In this document: positions 21,052 through 30,300 of the stretch, piece by piece
Layout: each line of letters starts with the position of its first letter
Numbering within the stretch: position 1 is the stretch's first letter
DNA from: Nitrospirota bacterium
Lineage (GTDB): Bacteria; Nitrospirota; UBA9217
DNA length: 64,000 nucleotides
Direction: 5' to 3'
Assembly (NCBI GenBank): GCA_963751455.1
Contig: CAVVUN010000012.1
Coordinates: forward strand, 576,001 to 640,000
Program-made: the position numbers and the translations under genes
Notes under the pieces: model-generated
Told to the model about the DNA's origin: nothing
The model's input: the letters and a program-made list of their open reading frames with translations, nothing else
The model's database searches: none

Positions 21052-21249
21052 TTCACTTCAAATCGCCGGATACCTCGCGTTTCCCAAATCATCCTTCTTT
21101 TTGCTGCTCCATGGCGAATAAAAGCTGTCGGACATCTCGCGATTCTCTGCATCGATCTTTTAAATTCAAATGCTCCCCCGGCAAACTGCGCCTCCCCCCT
21201 ATAAGTACCAGCGAAAGGTTTCCAGCGTCATGCCCGGCATCCCATGAAA

Positions 21250-21284
21250 AAACAGGCAGTCCCGAACCACGGGACCGCCTGTTT
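21250..21284 (-). terminator. Intrinsic terminator shared by all five tailed cytochromes
   Basis: AAACAGGCAGTCCC-loop-GGGACCGCCTGTTT with U-tract on the minus strand. Confidence 0.8.
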
Positions 21285-21305
21285 AGCAAGTACAAATAAT
21301 ACTGT

Positions 21306-24300
21306 TTACGGTAAAGGCTGGGCCTCGAAGTCGTTGACAGTTACGGTGGTAGTCGTAACCGTTGTCGTGATGGTTGAAGGAGTCCAGCTATAAACCTCTC
21401 GTGTTGTAGTTGTTCCGACGGTGACCAGTCTGCCGGTCCTCTTCAATGCCTCGATCGTATAATCAGAGTATATCGTCGGTGTCGGATACGTCGCCAATAC
21501 CACGTTCGGCACTACGTTTCTGAACGTGTATGCACCGAAGGAGTTGGTAACCGCCTTCTTCAAGGTATTACCGTTGTGCTTCAGGGTCATGATCACGCCC
21601 GGGAACGGGGTAGTGCCGCCTGGCTTGGTTACGAGGCCGGATATGATCAAACGCTCGATCGTAACCGGTATCTTAGCCCTGGAGACCTGTACTCTGTATC
21701 CGGGGGTGTCGGTTCTTAGCATCATCATGACATTGTACGTTCTCGCTCTGCGGTACAGATGGTCGGCTTCGCCGCCCATTCGTATGTAGCTGCGCTGACC
21801 GTCGCCCCACATGATTGTTATTGTCCCTGTCATGCCCGAAGCCACAGTCGTATCCGTTAAGGTTACGTGGTATCCGTCTGTGACTACGTTTGCAGCCGGG
21901 GTAATAGCGGGAGCTGCTGCTGCTCTCGGGTAGACCGTTTTGGATACGGATGCGGACGTTGATGCATCGCCGCAAGTCATCGTTACGGTCTGGGAAGTGG
22001 CGAGGGCATACGTATGGTCCGTGGTTATACCGGTCGCTGAAGAACCGTCGCCGAAATTCCATGAGTAGGTCGAGCAGTTCGTTGACGACGCTCCGCTAAA
22101 CAGGATCTTGAACGGCGTTACAGCGTCGTTCGTCCAGCTGAAAGCCGGCCTTGGCAGTGATCCGCTGTGAATCTGGGAAAACCGCAGGTCGACCATAGAC
22201 GAAACCGGGGTACCATGACATGACTCGCACGCCGAGATTGTAGGCACAACACCGGCTGTTGCATGGCAGGAGCCGCAATTCTGAGGCGTTGTAGTACCTG
22301 TTGTAGAATGGCTCAGAGTCGACATCGTCTGAGAGTGGCAACCCTCGCATGAGGACATTGTTGCCGACGACGGTATGGTTTTGTGAGTCGTTGTATGGCA
22401 CGTCGTGCAGGTCGTATTATCGGTACTCACCACTGTGTGTGTTGTATGCGCCTGGGTCGGATGGCACTGCGTGCAGTTCAAGCTTGACAACGAGGCGTGC
22501 ATGCCCTCCGCATAGGTTTGTGCCTGAGCCGCGTCAAAGGTGGTAGTAGTATGGCCGGTTATCCCGGAGTCATGGCACTTGCCGCAGGCATAATTGACCG
22601 TCATGTAGTTTGCTGCGATATTCTTCCCGCCTGCATTGGTCCTGTGCATCGTGGTACCGGTCGGGCTGATCGCGAAGATATGACCTTTCACATCACCTTT
22701 CGCGCCCCATGTGCCGGACTGTAAAGTTGCAGATTTTACAATCTCCGCCATATGGCAGTCAGTGCACGTAATGCTGCCCATCTGGAATGCGAGGCCGGAT
22801 ACCTTGGTATCAGCGCCTCCTGCCGCGGCATTCGGTGTGCCGGTTGCATGGCACTCATTGCAAGAGACAACCGCGCCTCTGGCTTCTCCGGACTGCGCAT
22901 TGTCGGTGATTCCAAGGGCCCCGGCGATATCGTCCGTTACCTTGTGGGCGCGTTTGTGAGGATCGTGACAGGTAACGCACTCGAGCGCAGCATGAGCTCC
23001 GTCGCCATTGTAGCCGACCAGTTCGTTATACTGCTCGTGATGCTGGACCGACTGGTTGGCGATACTGGTGCCTCCGTTATTTATGGCGCCGTTGGTAAAG
23101 ATCACGCCTGTGCCGCCGCATTCACCTCCGAAGCCCGTGGTGTTAGTCGATCTGACATGGCACTTGCCGCAGAGGTCTTTGGAGGTGTTCTTGGTAATAT
23201 TGGTTTTGGACGCTTCAGTCGCATGCGTTGCGCCGGCGCCGTGGCAAGCCTCGCACTGTACGCCGCTGAACGTCCATTCACTGCGGAACCCTCCCGGAGC
23301 TGTATACGCAAGTTCGCTCGACGCCCACGGCTCGGTCCGTCCGCTGCCGAGGGCAGTCGAACAGCTGGCGTCTATAGAGCTGGTTCCATTGGTGTTATGG
23401 CAGATCGCGCAGGAGTACGTCTTGCCGGCGCTGCCATATGATGAATAGTCAGACCTTGCGTCAGCAGGGTCAAGGGTAAGATCCGCAGCCAGCATATTGA
23501 ACTGCGCCCCGGTCCCGGCAGTGCTGCCGCCCGAGCTTGACCAGATAAATCCGGTCGCTGTATTATCGATAGTGTCTTTTACGCCCCATCTGGCTTTCCA
23601 GCCGTAGCCGCCGATCACATAGCTTACGACAGACCAGTCGAGGTTTGAACCGCCGTTTTTCACATTGGTTTCACTGTTCGGATCGTAGAGAGCTGAAAGC
23701 AACGGCATCTTCGGCGTAAGAAGCGCCGAAAGCGGGTCCGTAATTGTGCTGATATCGTCTCCGCCTGAAGTAACTGGAGTGAGGCCCTTTGTAAACCGCA
23801 CTTTGTAGGAATGGCCTGACTGGTCGAAGTCAGCTTTCTGCGATGTATGGCAGCTTCCGCAGACGTTGGTGCCCATATAGCCGCCGTCTATGCCTGCTAA
23901 CGTCGCGTGGTAATTCGTTGCTACTGCCGTTGCCGCAGATGCGTCAGCCAGGGCAGGTGCAGACCCGACAGCGCTGTCGTGGCATTTGCCGCAGGCAAAG
24001 TTAACAGTCATGGCGTTAGCGGCGATATGTTTCCCGCCTGCATTCGTTCTGTCCATGGTAGTTGCAGCGGGATCGATCCTGAAGATATGGCCTTTCACAT
24101 CGCCCTTGACGCCCCATGAACCGGTAAGTTGCGTTGCCGATTTCACAATCTCAGCCATATGACAGTCGCTGCAGGCGAGACCTGCGTGAATGGTAGCGCT
24201 GTTATAGGTCCCCGAACTCGTCTTGCCATAATGGCAGCTTGTGCAGCTTCTTCTGATCGCCCCTCTTGCCTCACCCGACGATGCATTGTCGGTGATTCCG

Positions 24301-25397
24301 AGGGCTCCGGCGATTGCGTCCGTTACCTTGTGGGCGCGCTTGTGAGGATCGTGGCAGGTAACGCATTCGAGCGAAGCATGCGCACCGTCCCCGTTTAGAC
24401 CAACCAGCTCGTTATACTGCTCGTGGTGCTGGACCGACTGGCTGGCGAGAGTGGCGCCGCCGTTATTCGAAGCGCCGTTTGTGAGTATCGCGGCAGCAGC
24501 ATCTCCGCCGCATTCGCCTCCGTACACTGGAGAGGCGGTGTTGGTCGACCTTACATGGCACTTGCCGCACATGTCTTTCGACGTATTCTTAACTATGTTG
24601 CCTGCGGATGGAGCATTCGCATGGGTCAGGCCGGCGCCGTGACACGCTTCGCACTGTACGCCGCTGAACGTCCATTCGCTGCGGAACCCTCCCGGAGCGA
24701 TAGTGGAAAGCCCGCTCGAGGCCCAGGGTTCGGTTCGTCCGCTCCCAAGGGCGGTCGAACAGTTGGCATCTATGGAACTCGTTCCATTCGTGTTATGGCA
24801 GATCGCGCAGGAATACGTCTTGGTAGCGCTGCCATAGGTTGAATAATCAGCCCTTACACCTGATGGGTCAAGGGCGGGATCAGCGGCCAGCATATTGAAC
24901 TGGGCGCCGGTTGGGCTGGCGACGCTGCTTGACCAGATATATCCGGTAGCAGTGCCGGGTGTGCTGCCGATGTCTTTTACACCCCATCTGGCCTTCCAGC
25001 CGTAGCCGCCGATCGCATACGAAACAGCAGCCCAGTCGAGCTTGCCGTCCGAATCGCCGTCGACTTTTGCGTCTGCTTCATTGTTCGGATTGTACAGATC
25101 GGTATAATTCGGCATATTCGGCGTAAGAAGCGCCGCAAGCGGGTCTGTAATTGTGGTTACGTTGTCTCCGCCCGATGCCACCGGGGTAAGACCCTTTGTA
25201 AACCTTACTTTGTAGGGATGGCCTGACTTGTCGAATTCTGCCTTGATCGTGGCGTGGCAGTCTCCGCACGATGACGAGCCGACATAGCCGCCGTCGATCC
25301 CTGTGTAGGCAAAAGCAACGCCTATCTGCACAAGGACAAAGGCGGACAGTGCCAAGGCAAGTATGGCAATCCGCATAATTAAGTTCTTTATATGCAT
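21306..25397 (-). CDS. Giant secreted multiheme cytochrome A (21 CxxCH: duplicated octaheme module + 5-heme stalk + conserved PKD/Ig tail)
   Basis: Signal peptide; two ~470-aa repeats each with 8 CxxCH; tail WNFGDG...WGDG...FEAQPLP. Confidence 0.92.
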   Translation of the reverse strand: MHIKNLIMRIAILALALSAFVLVQIGVAFAYTGIDGGYVGSSSCGDCHATIKAEFDKSGHPYKVRFTKGLTPVASGGDNVTTITDPLAALLTPNMPNYTDLYNPNNEADAKVDGDSDGKLDWAAVSYAIGGYGWKARWGVKDIGSTPGTATGYIWSSSVASPTGAQFNMLAADPALDPSGVRADYSTYGSATKTYSCAICHNTNGTSSIDANCSTALGSGRTEPWASSGLSTIAPGGFRSEWTFSGVQCEACHGAGLTHANAPSAGNIVKNTSKDMCGKCHVRSTNTASPVYGGECGGDAAAAILTNGASNNGGATLASQSVQHHEQYNELVGLNGDGAHASLECVTCHDPHKRAHKVTDAIAGALGITDNASSGEARGAIRRSCTSCHYGKTSSGTYNSATIHAGLACSDCHMAEIVKSATQLTGSWGVKGDVKGHIFRIDPAATTMDRTNAGGKHIAANAMTVNFACGKCHDSAVGSAPALADASAATAVATNYHATLAGIDGGYMGTNVCGSCHTSQKADFDQSGHSYKVRFTKGLTPVTSGGDDISTITDPLSALLTPKMPLLSALYDPNSETNVKNGGSNLDWSVVSYVIGGYGWKARWGVKDTIDNTATGFIWSSSGGSTAGTGAQFNMLAADLTLDPADARSDYSSYGSAGKTYSCAICHNTNGTSSIDASCSTALGSGRTEPWASSELAYTAPGGFRSEWTFSGVQCEACHGAGATHATEASKTNITKNTSKDLCGKCHVRSTNTTGFGGECGGTGVIFTNGAINNGGTSIANQSVQHHEQYNELVGYNGDGAHAALECVTCHDPHKRAHKVTDDIAGALGITDNAQSGEARGAVVSCNECHATGTPNAAAGGADTKVSGLAFQMGSITCTDCHMAEIVKSATLQSGTWGAKGDVKGHIFAISPTGTTMHRTNAGGKNIAANYMTVNYACGKCHDSGITGHTTTTFDAAQAQTYAEGMHASLSSLNCTQCHPTQAHTTHTVVSTDNTTCTTCHTTTHKTIPSSATMSSCEGCHSQTMSTLSHSTTGTTTPQNCGSCHATAGVVPTISACESCHGTPVSSMVDLRFSQIHSGSLPRPAFSWTNDAVTPFKILFSGASSTNCSTYSWNFGDGSSATGITTDHTYALATSQTVTMTCGDASTSASVSKTVYPRAAAAPAITPAANVVTDGYHVTLTDTTVASGMTGTITIMWGDGQRSYIRMGGEADHLYRRARTYNVMMMLRTDTPGYRVQVSRAKIPVTIERLIISGLVTKPGGTTPFPGVIMTLKHNGNTLKKAVTNSFGAYTFRNVVPNVVLATYPTPTIYSDYTIEALKRTGRLVTVGTTTTREVYSWTPSTITTTVTTTTVTVNDFEAQPLP

Positions 25398-25948
25398 GTT
25401 GCATCTCCTTTTAGTTTTGTCTATTCAGCGGGTTTTTGCTCAATCACTTTACGGCCACATGGAATTATGAACCGTTATAAAGAATCTGGCTTTTTCAACG
25501 TGATGGCAGACTCTTCACCTCTATCCAGTGACGAAAACAGCAAAAGCCCGTCAGGATTTGTTGATAACTTCCAAACTTTGGAACTTCTTTTTGAGCTGCA
25601 CCTCCTGCGATTTGAATTAGCCTGCCACACTGCTAACTCACGTGGATCGGGGGAGAGCCACGTGAAGTGGGGGATTAAATTTTTCAGCTATGCAATGAAT
25701 AAGCTGATAAGACGGTCTCAACTATATGCTTGAAATAAAAGCATTTCTAGTTAATTTATCTTCTTTTTTCAATGGGTTTTGTGAAGTAAAATTCACATGG
25801 TTTTTCGGCTAAATTTTGTGGGAATGGAAGCTGGGAGAGAAAGATACGGGGTGAAAAGGAAAACGTTTAAGGAAGTCTTATTTCAGCAAATACTTTGCCG
25901 CAGAAAGAATAACACAGGGACAAAAAGACTTCATTTTTTTCGGCGTAT

Positions 25949-26126
25949 CCTAAAAAAAGCATTTGGGACGCAGAAAAATCGGATAAACGCAGATAAGGTC
26001 GGATAAAAAAACGTTCCTGTATCGTAAAAGCAGTCACCTTGCGGGTGAATTTTTTTCTCTAAAAATTCTTTTGTTTTGATCTGCGGTTATCTGCGTTCAT
26101 CTGCGTCCAACTGCCGTTTTCAGGTT
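25949..26126. repeat. ~180 bp dispersed repeat, copy 1 (copy 2 at 52005-52204)
   Basis: Near-identical sequence CCTAAAAAAGCATTTGGGACGCAG...TTTTCAGGTT with CGCAGAT-type arms. Confidence 0.85.
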
Positions 26127-26233
26127 TATGCGCTTTATGTGCATTTTGTGGAAGGCTTTATCCTGATTAGGAGGTCGAGACGAAGCAATCGGTTTAAAAG
26201 ACGGAAATGCCTCCCTTTAGAAAAGGGAGGTTA

Positions 26234-26439
26234 GTGTAGTGTCTCTTAAATAGACGGTGTTATGATGATTTCATCGAAAACTTATCTTCGCATAAATATT
26301 TGCTGATGAATTTGTAGGGCGACCCTTTAGGGTTGCTGCTGTTCCGGCGCTTTCAGCAAGGCTAAAGCCTTGCCCTACAAGTTTGGCTGCGGCCTACTGC
26401 TGCGCTATGATAACACCAGTCGTTTGTGAGACACTACAC
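26234..26439. mobile_element. MITE copy 2 (inverted relative to 13607-13810)
   Basis: Same TIRs and TA duplication; interrupts a CCTCCCTTT..AAAGGGAGG-TTA-GGAGGGATTT palindromic repeat. Confidence 0.8.
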
Positions 26440-26479
26440 TAGGAGGGATTTTTTATATTTATAAAAAATATCTACATTA

Positions 26480-27211
26480 TCAAGGCTTTATAATTTCTAT
26501 GCGGGCATCTTTTTTCAGCTCCTTTTCCCACTCCCGCATTCTCTTTTCCGCTGCTTCATCCCGAAGCTTCTGCTCAAGAACAGGTTTTGCCTGTTCAAAA
26601 GTAATTTTCCGGTGCGCAGCATCTTTCGGGCCCGTTTTTTCACGTTTATACCGGTCTTTGACTGCCGCTTCAGCGATCTTTATCTTCGCGTCGACTTCCT
26701 TAGTTGCGATCATCTCGAAAAGAGCCTCTTTCTCGATCGCCTTGCGAAGTTCATCTTCAGTAAAGCCGTTGCCGTCCAGATAGTTTTGAAAATCAGCCGG
26801 GGACCCGGTCTCCGCCTTTATTTTCTTTATCGCAGAGTCAATGTCCTCCTGCTTCATTTTGAGGCCGCGTTTCGTCGCTTCCTGCACCGCAAGTTCCTGG
26901 GTAATCAGGGTGTTGAGGGCGTCTTTCCTGATCTTCGCCCGCAGGTCGGTTGTCGGCCGGCTGCCGGCGTTCAGATATCCCTCGGTCACAATATTCATTT
27001 CACGCAGCAGAGCGAATTCTGTTATCGTCTCTCCGTTTACCCTTGCCGCGACCACCTTCTTCGATTCATCGAAGCTTTTTTTGATCATCTGCTTCTCATG
27101 CGCTTCCGGGGCCGCCTTTATGCGCTCTGATTCCGACTTTTTGCACCCTGACAGAATTACCACGATGACAAATAAAACAATACTAAGTATTGTTACAGTG
27201 CTTCTTATCAT
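26480..27211 (-). CDS. SurA N-terminal-domain lipoprotein chaperone (no PPIase domain)
   Basis: Lipobox LSGC; VAARVNGETIT...ALNTLITQELAVQEA...WEKELKKDARIEI. Confidence 0.8.
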   Translation of the reverse strand: MIRSTVTILSIVLFVIVVILSGCKKSESERIKAAPEAHEKQMIKKSFDESKKVVAARVNGETITEFALLREMNIVTEGYLNAGSRPTTDLRAKIRKDALNTLITQELAVQEATKRGLKMKQEDIDSAIKKIKAETGSPADFQNYLDGNGFTEDELRKAIEKEALFEMIATKEVDAKIKIAEAAVKDRYKREKTGPKDAAHRKITFEQAKPVLEQKLRDEAAEKRMREWEKELKKDARIEIIKP

Positions 27212-27317
27212 ACTGCCTCCTGCCGCGAAAACTTGGGGATATTGATTTCAAATGCCCCTTCAAAATTGAAAACACAAACCCTATTTTAGCAGCTGTTCAT
27301 TCCAAATACCAGAAAAA

Positions 27318-27349
27318 AACAGGCAGTCCCGAACGCGGGACTGCCTGTT
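27318..27349 (-). terminator. Shared intrinsic terminator
   Basis: AACAGGCAGTCCCG-AACG-CGGGACTGCCTGTT with long U-tract on the minus strand. Confidence 0.85.
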
Positions 27350-27377
27350 GATCAGATGAAGCTAATACTGCTTACGG

Positions 27378-30300
27378 TTAAGGCTCGGCCACAAAGTCGC
27401 TGACAGTTACGCTGGTAGTCGTAACCGTTGTCGTGATGGTTGAAGGAAGCCAGCTATAAACCTCTCGTGTTGTAGTCGTTCCGTCGCTGACCAGTCTGCC
27501 GGTCCTCTTCAATGCCTCGATCGTATAATCAGAGTATGTCGTCGGTGTCGGATACGTCTCCAATACCACGTTCGGCACTACGTTTCTGAACGTGTATGCA
27601 CCGAAGGAGTTGGTAACCGCCTTCTTCAAGGTATTACCGTTGTGCTTCAGGGTCATGATCACGCCCGGGAACGGGGTAGTGCCGCCTGGCTTGGTTACGA
27701 GGCCGGATATGATCAAACGCTCGATCGTAACCGGTATCTTAGCCCTGGAGGCCTCTACCCTGTATCCGGGGGTGTCGGTTCTTAGCATCATCATGACATT
27801 GTACGTTCTCGCTCTGCGGTACAGATGGTCGGCTTCGCCGCCCATTCGTATGTAGCTGCGCTGACCGTCGCCCCACATGATTGTTATTGTCCCTGTCATG
27901 CCCGAAGCCACAGTCGTATCCGTTAAGGTTACGTGGTATCCGTCTGTGACTACGTTTGCAGCCGGGGTAATAGCGGGAGCCGCTGCTTCTCTCGGCCAGA
28001 CCGCTTTGGATATGGAGGCGTACGATGACCCGTCGGCGCAGGTCAGCGTTACGGTTTGGGCAGTCTTGAGCGCATACGTATGATTCGTGGTCATGCCGCT
28101 CCCGCCCGTACCATCGCCGAAGTTCCATTCGTAGCTGGTGCAGTGCGTTGATGCTGCCGCGCTAAACAGGATGTTGAGCGGTGTTGTAGCGCTGTTCGAC
28201 CAGGTGAAATTCGGCCTCGGCAGTGATCCGTTGTGGATTGCGCTGAACCGATTGGCTACAAACGGATCGTCTGGCGTGTGACACGCATTGCACGCTGTGA
28301 GTATTGTAGGAACGCTGCCGGCTGACGCATGGCAGGTGCCGCAATTCTGAGGCGTGCTGGGCGTCTGAGCATGGCTCAGATTCGACATCGTCTGAGCATG
28401 GCATGTCTCGCAGGAGACGCTCATTTCCGCCGATGTGGGTATTACGCCGGCATGAGCATGGCATGTCTCGCAATTGGCTCCGTCTGTGAAGTTGACACTA
28501 TGGGTAACGTGGCTTGTTGTACTGGGGCCGGTTGGTTCACCAGCAGTATGGCAGCCAGTGCAATTTACCCAGGTTACAGGCGGCCAGAGAGCAATGTCAG
28601 TAACGCCAGGCGCTCCAGGCTGGCCTGCAACGTGGCAGGTCATGCATATGTTCGAGCTGGCTGTGGCACCCGGGCCTGCATGGTGGTTCTTGGTAGTACC
28701 TGACTGAACAACACTATGGCAAGCCTGACAGCTGCTGTCCTTGCCTGCGCTGACGCTATCCTGCACAACTTCAGTAGCAGGATCATCATAAGGCAAGCCG
28801 CCGCCTGCTCCATGACAGTACAGGCAACTTGCAACGCTTCTTGCAGTCGTGGTGCCTGAGCCTCTGTGATGATTGTCACCCGTGCCCGATACGATAAGGG
28901 CGCGGCTTGTGCCTTGTGCAGTAGCATGGCACGTCTGACAATAAGCTACTACGCTGTCACGGCTGTTCGTAGCAAGCGCCGGTACAGTCGGACGCACTCC
29001 TGCATGAGCATGGCACTCTTCGCAGGTTACGCCAGTGGCTACGACATGGTGCGTCGTTGCAGGTCCGTTGGGTCCGCCGCTGCTGTGACAAGCTGTGCAA
29101 TCTACCCAGGTGGCCGGCGGCCAAACTGTTGAATCGGTAACGCCAGGTGCGCCAGGACCTCTGCCATCAGCTTGCGTCGTATTATGGCATGCAAAACACA
29201 GGATGCCGTTTACAGGTGTAAGACCTTCGCCTGTATGGTGCGTTCCGCTCGCTGCCTGTGAAGAGGCATGGCATGAGCCGCTGCAGGAACCAGGTGCAAC
29301 AGCATCCACTATAACTTCGGTGCTGGCCGTGCCGAACGGTACGCCGCCCATATGACCATGGCAGTACAAGCAGCTTGCCACGCTGCGGGCCGTGGAAGTG
29401 CCGCTGCCTCTGTGATGGTTGTCACCCGTGCCGGATACGACAATCGCACGAGATGAACCCTGGGTAGTAGCATGGCACTGCTGGCAGGACGTAACAACGC
29501 TGTCTCTGCTGTTCGCGTCCATTGCCACCGTCGCGGTGCCGACGCCGGCGCCGTAGGTGCCGCTCCATGAACCATCTGCATGGTGACAGGTCAAGCAATC
29601 GCCAGCATGATGGTCCTGAGTCGAGCCGGACTGAATAACTTCATGACATCCCAGGCAGAGTCCGGTTGTATTGACCCTGCCATTCTGGGCTGCCACAACA
29701 GATGTAGGAAGACCGGAGGCAACTATCTTTACGGTATATCCTGTTGCATTATCGCCGCTGACAATAGCTCCCTTTCCATGGCAGCCGACGCAGGCCATAC
29801 CGGGGTCGTTGTCTCCCCGTGAGCCGTTTGCCTCGGAGACACCGCCAAAATTGGTGCCCGGCACTGAACTATGTCCGCCGTGGTGATTGTCACCCGCGCC
29901 GGAATTTATAATCGTACCGGTCATGCCGCCGGCCAGTTTGGGCTGCGGTGTTGAGTGGCAGCTCAGACAGCCAGTGCGCAGTGAGGTATCGATAGACCAG
30001 TACGGCAACGGATTGTGTGACCCTGCTGGTTTGAGAGTCGTGGTAAGGGTCGGCGCCGTCATGGCGTTAATCGCAAGATACGCGCCGCCTTCCTCATGGC
30101 AGGTTGTGCAAGTGCCGTTGTGGTGGTCCGTGCCCTGAACGACTGCACGCACCGTGCCGCCGGCTGTGGTAGCCCACGTGGCGTTATGGCAGCTCATGCA
30201 GGCTGTATTGCTGTAATCGGTCGGTGCAACACCAGGAGTGTGGCAACCGTTGCAATGCAAACTGGCAGCTGCAATCGCTGCAGTTACATGGTGATGCGCA

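Noticed and set aside
21526-22401. Repeated small ORFs (MYAPKELV..., MEFRRRFF...) and their copies at 27592, 56344, 56617, 61244
   Set aside because: Shadow frames of the duplicated cytochrome tail
25691-25706. Sigma-54 promoter for cytochrome A (minus strand CAGCTTATTCATTGCA)
   Set aside because: Position fits the B leader but the invariant GG is AG; possibly decayed, not called
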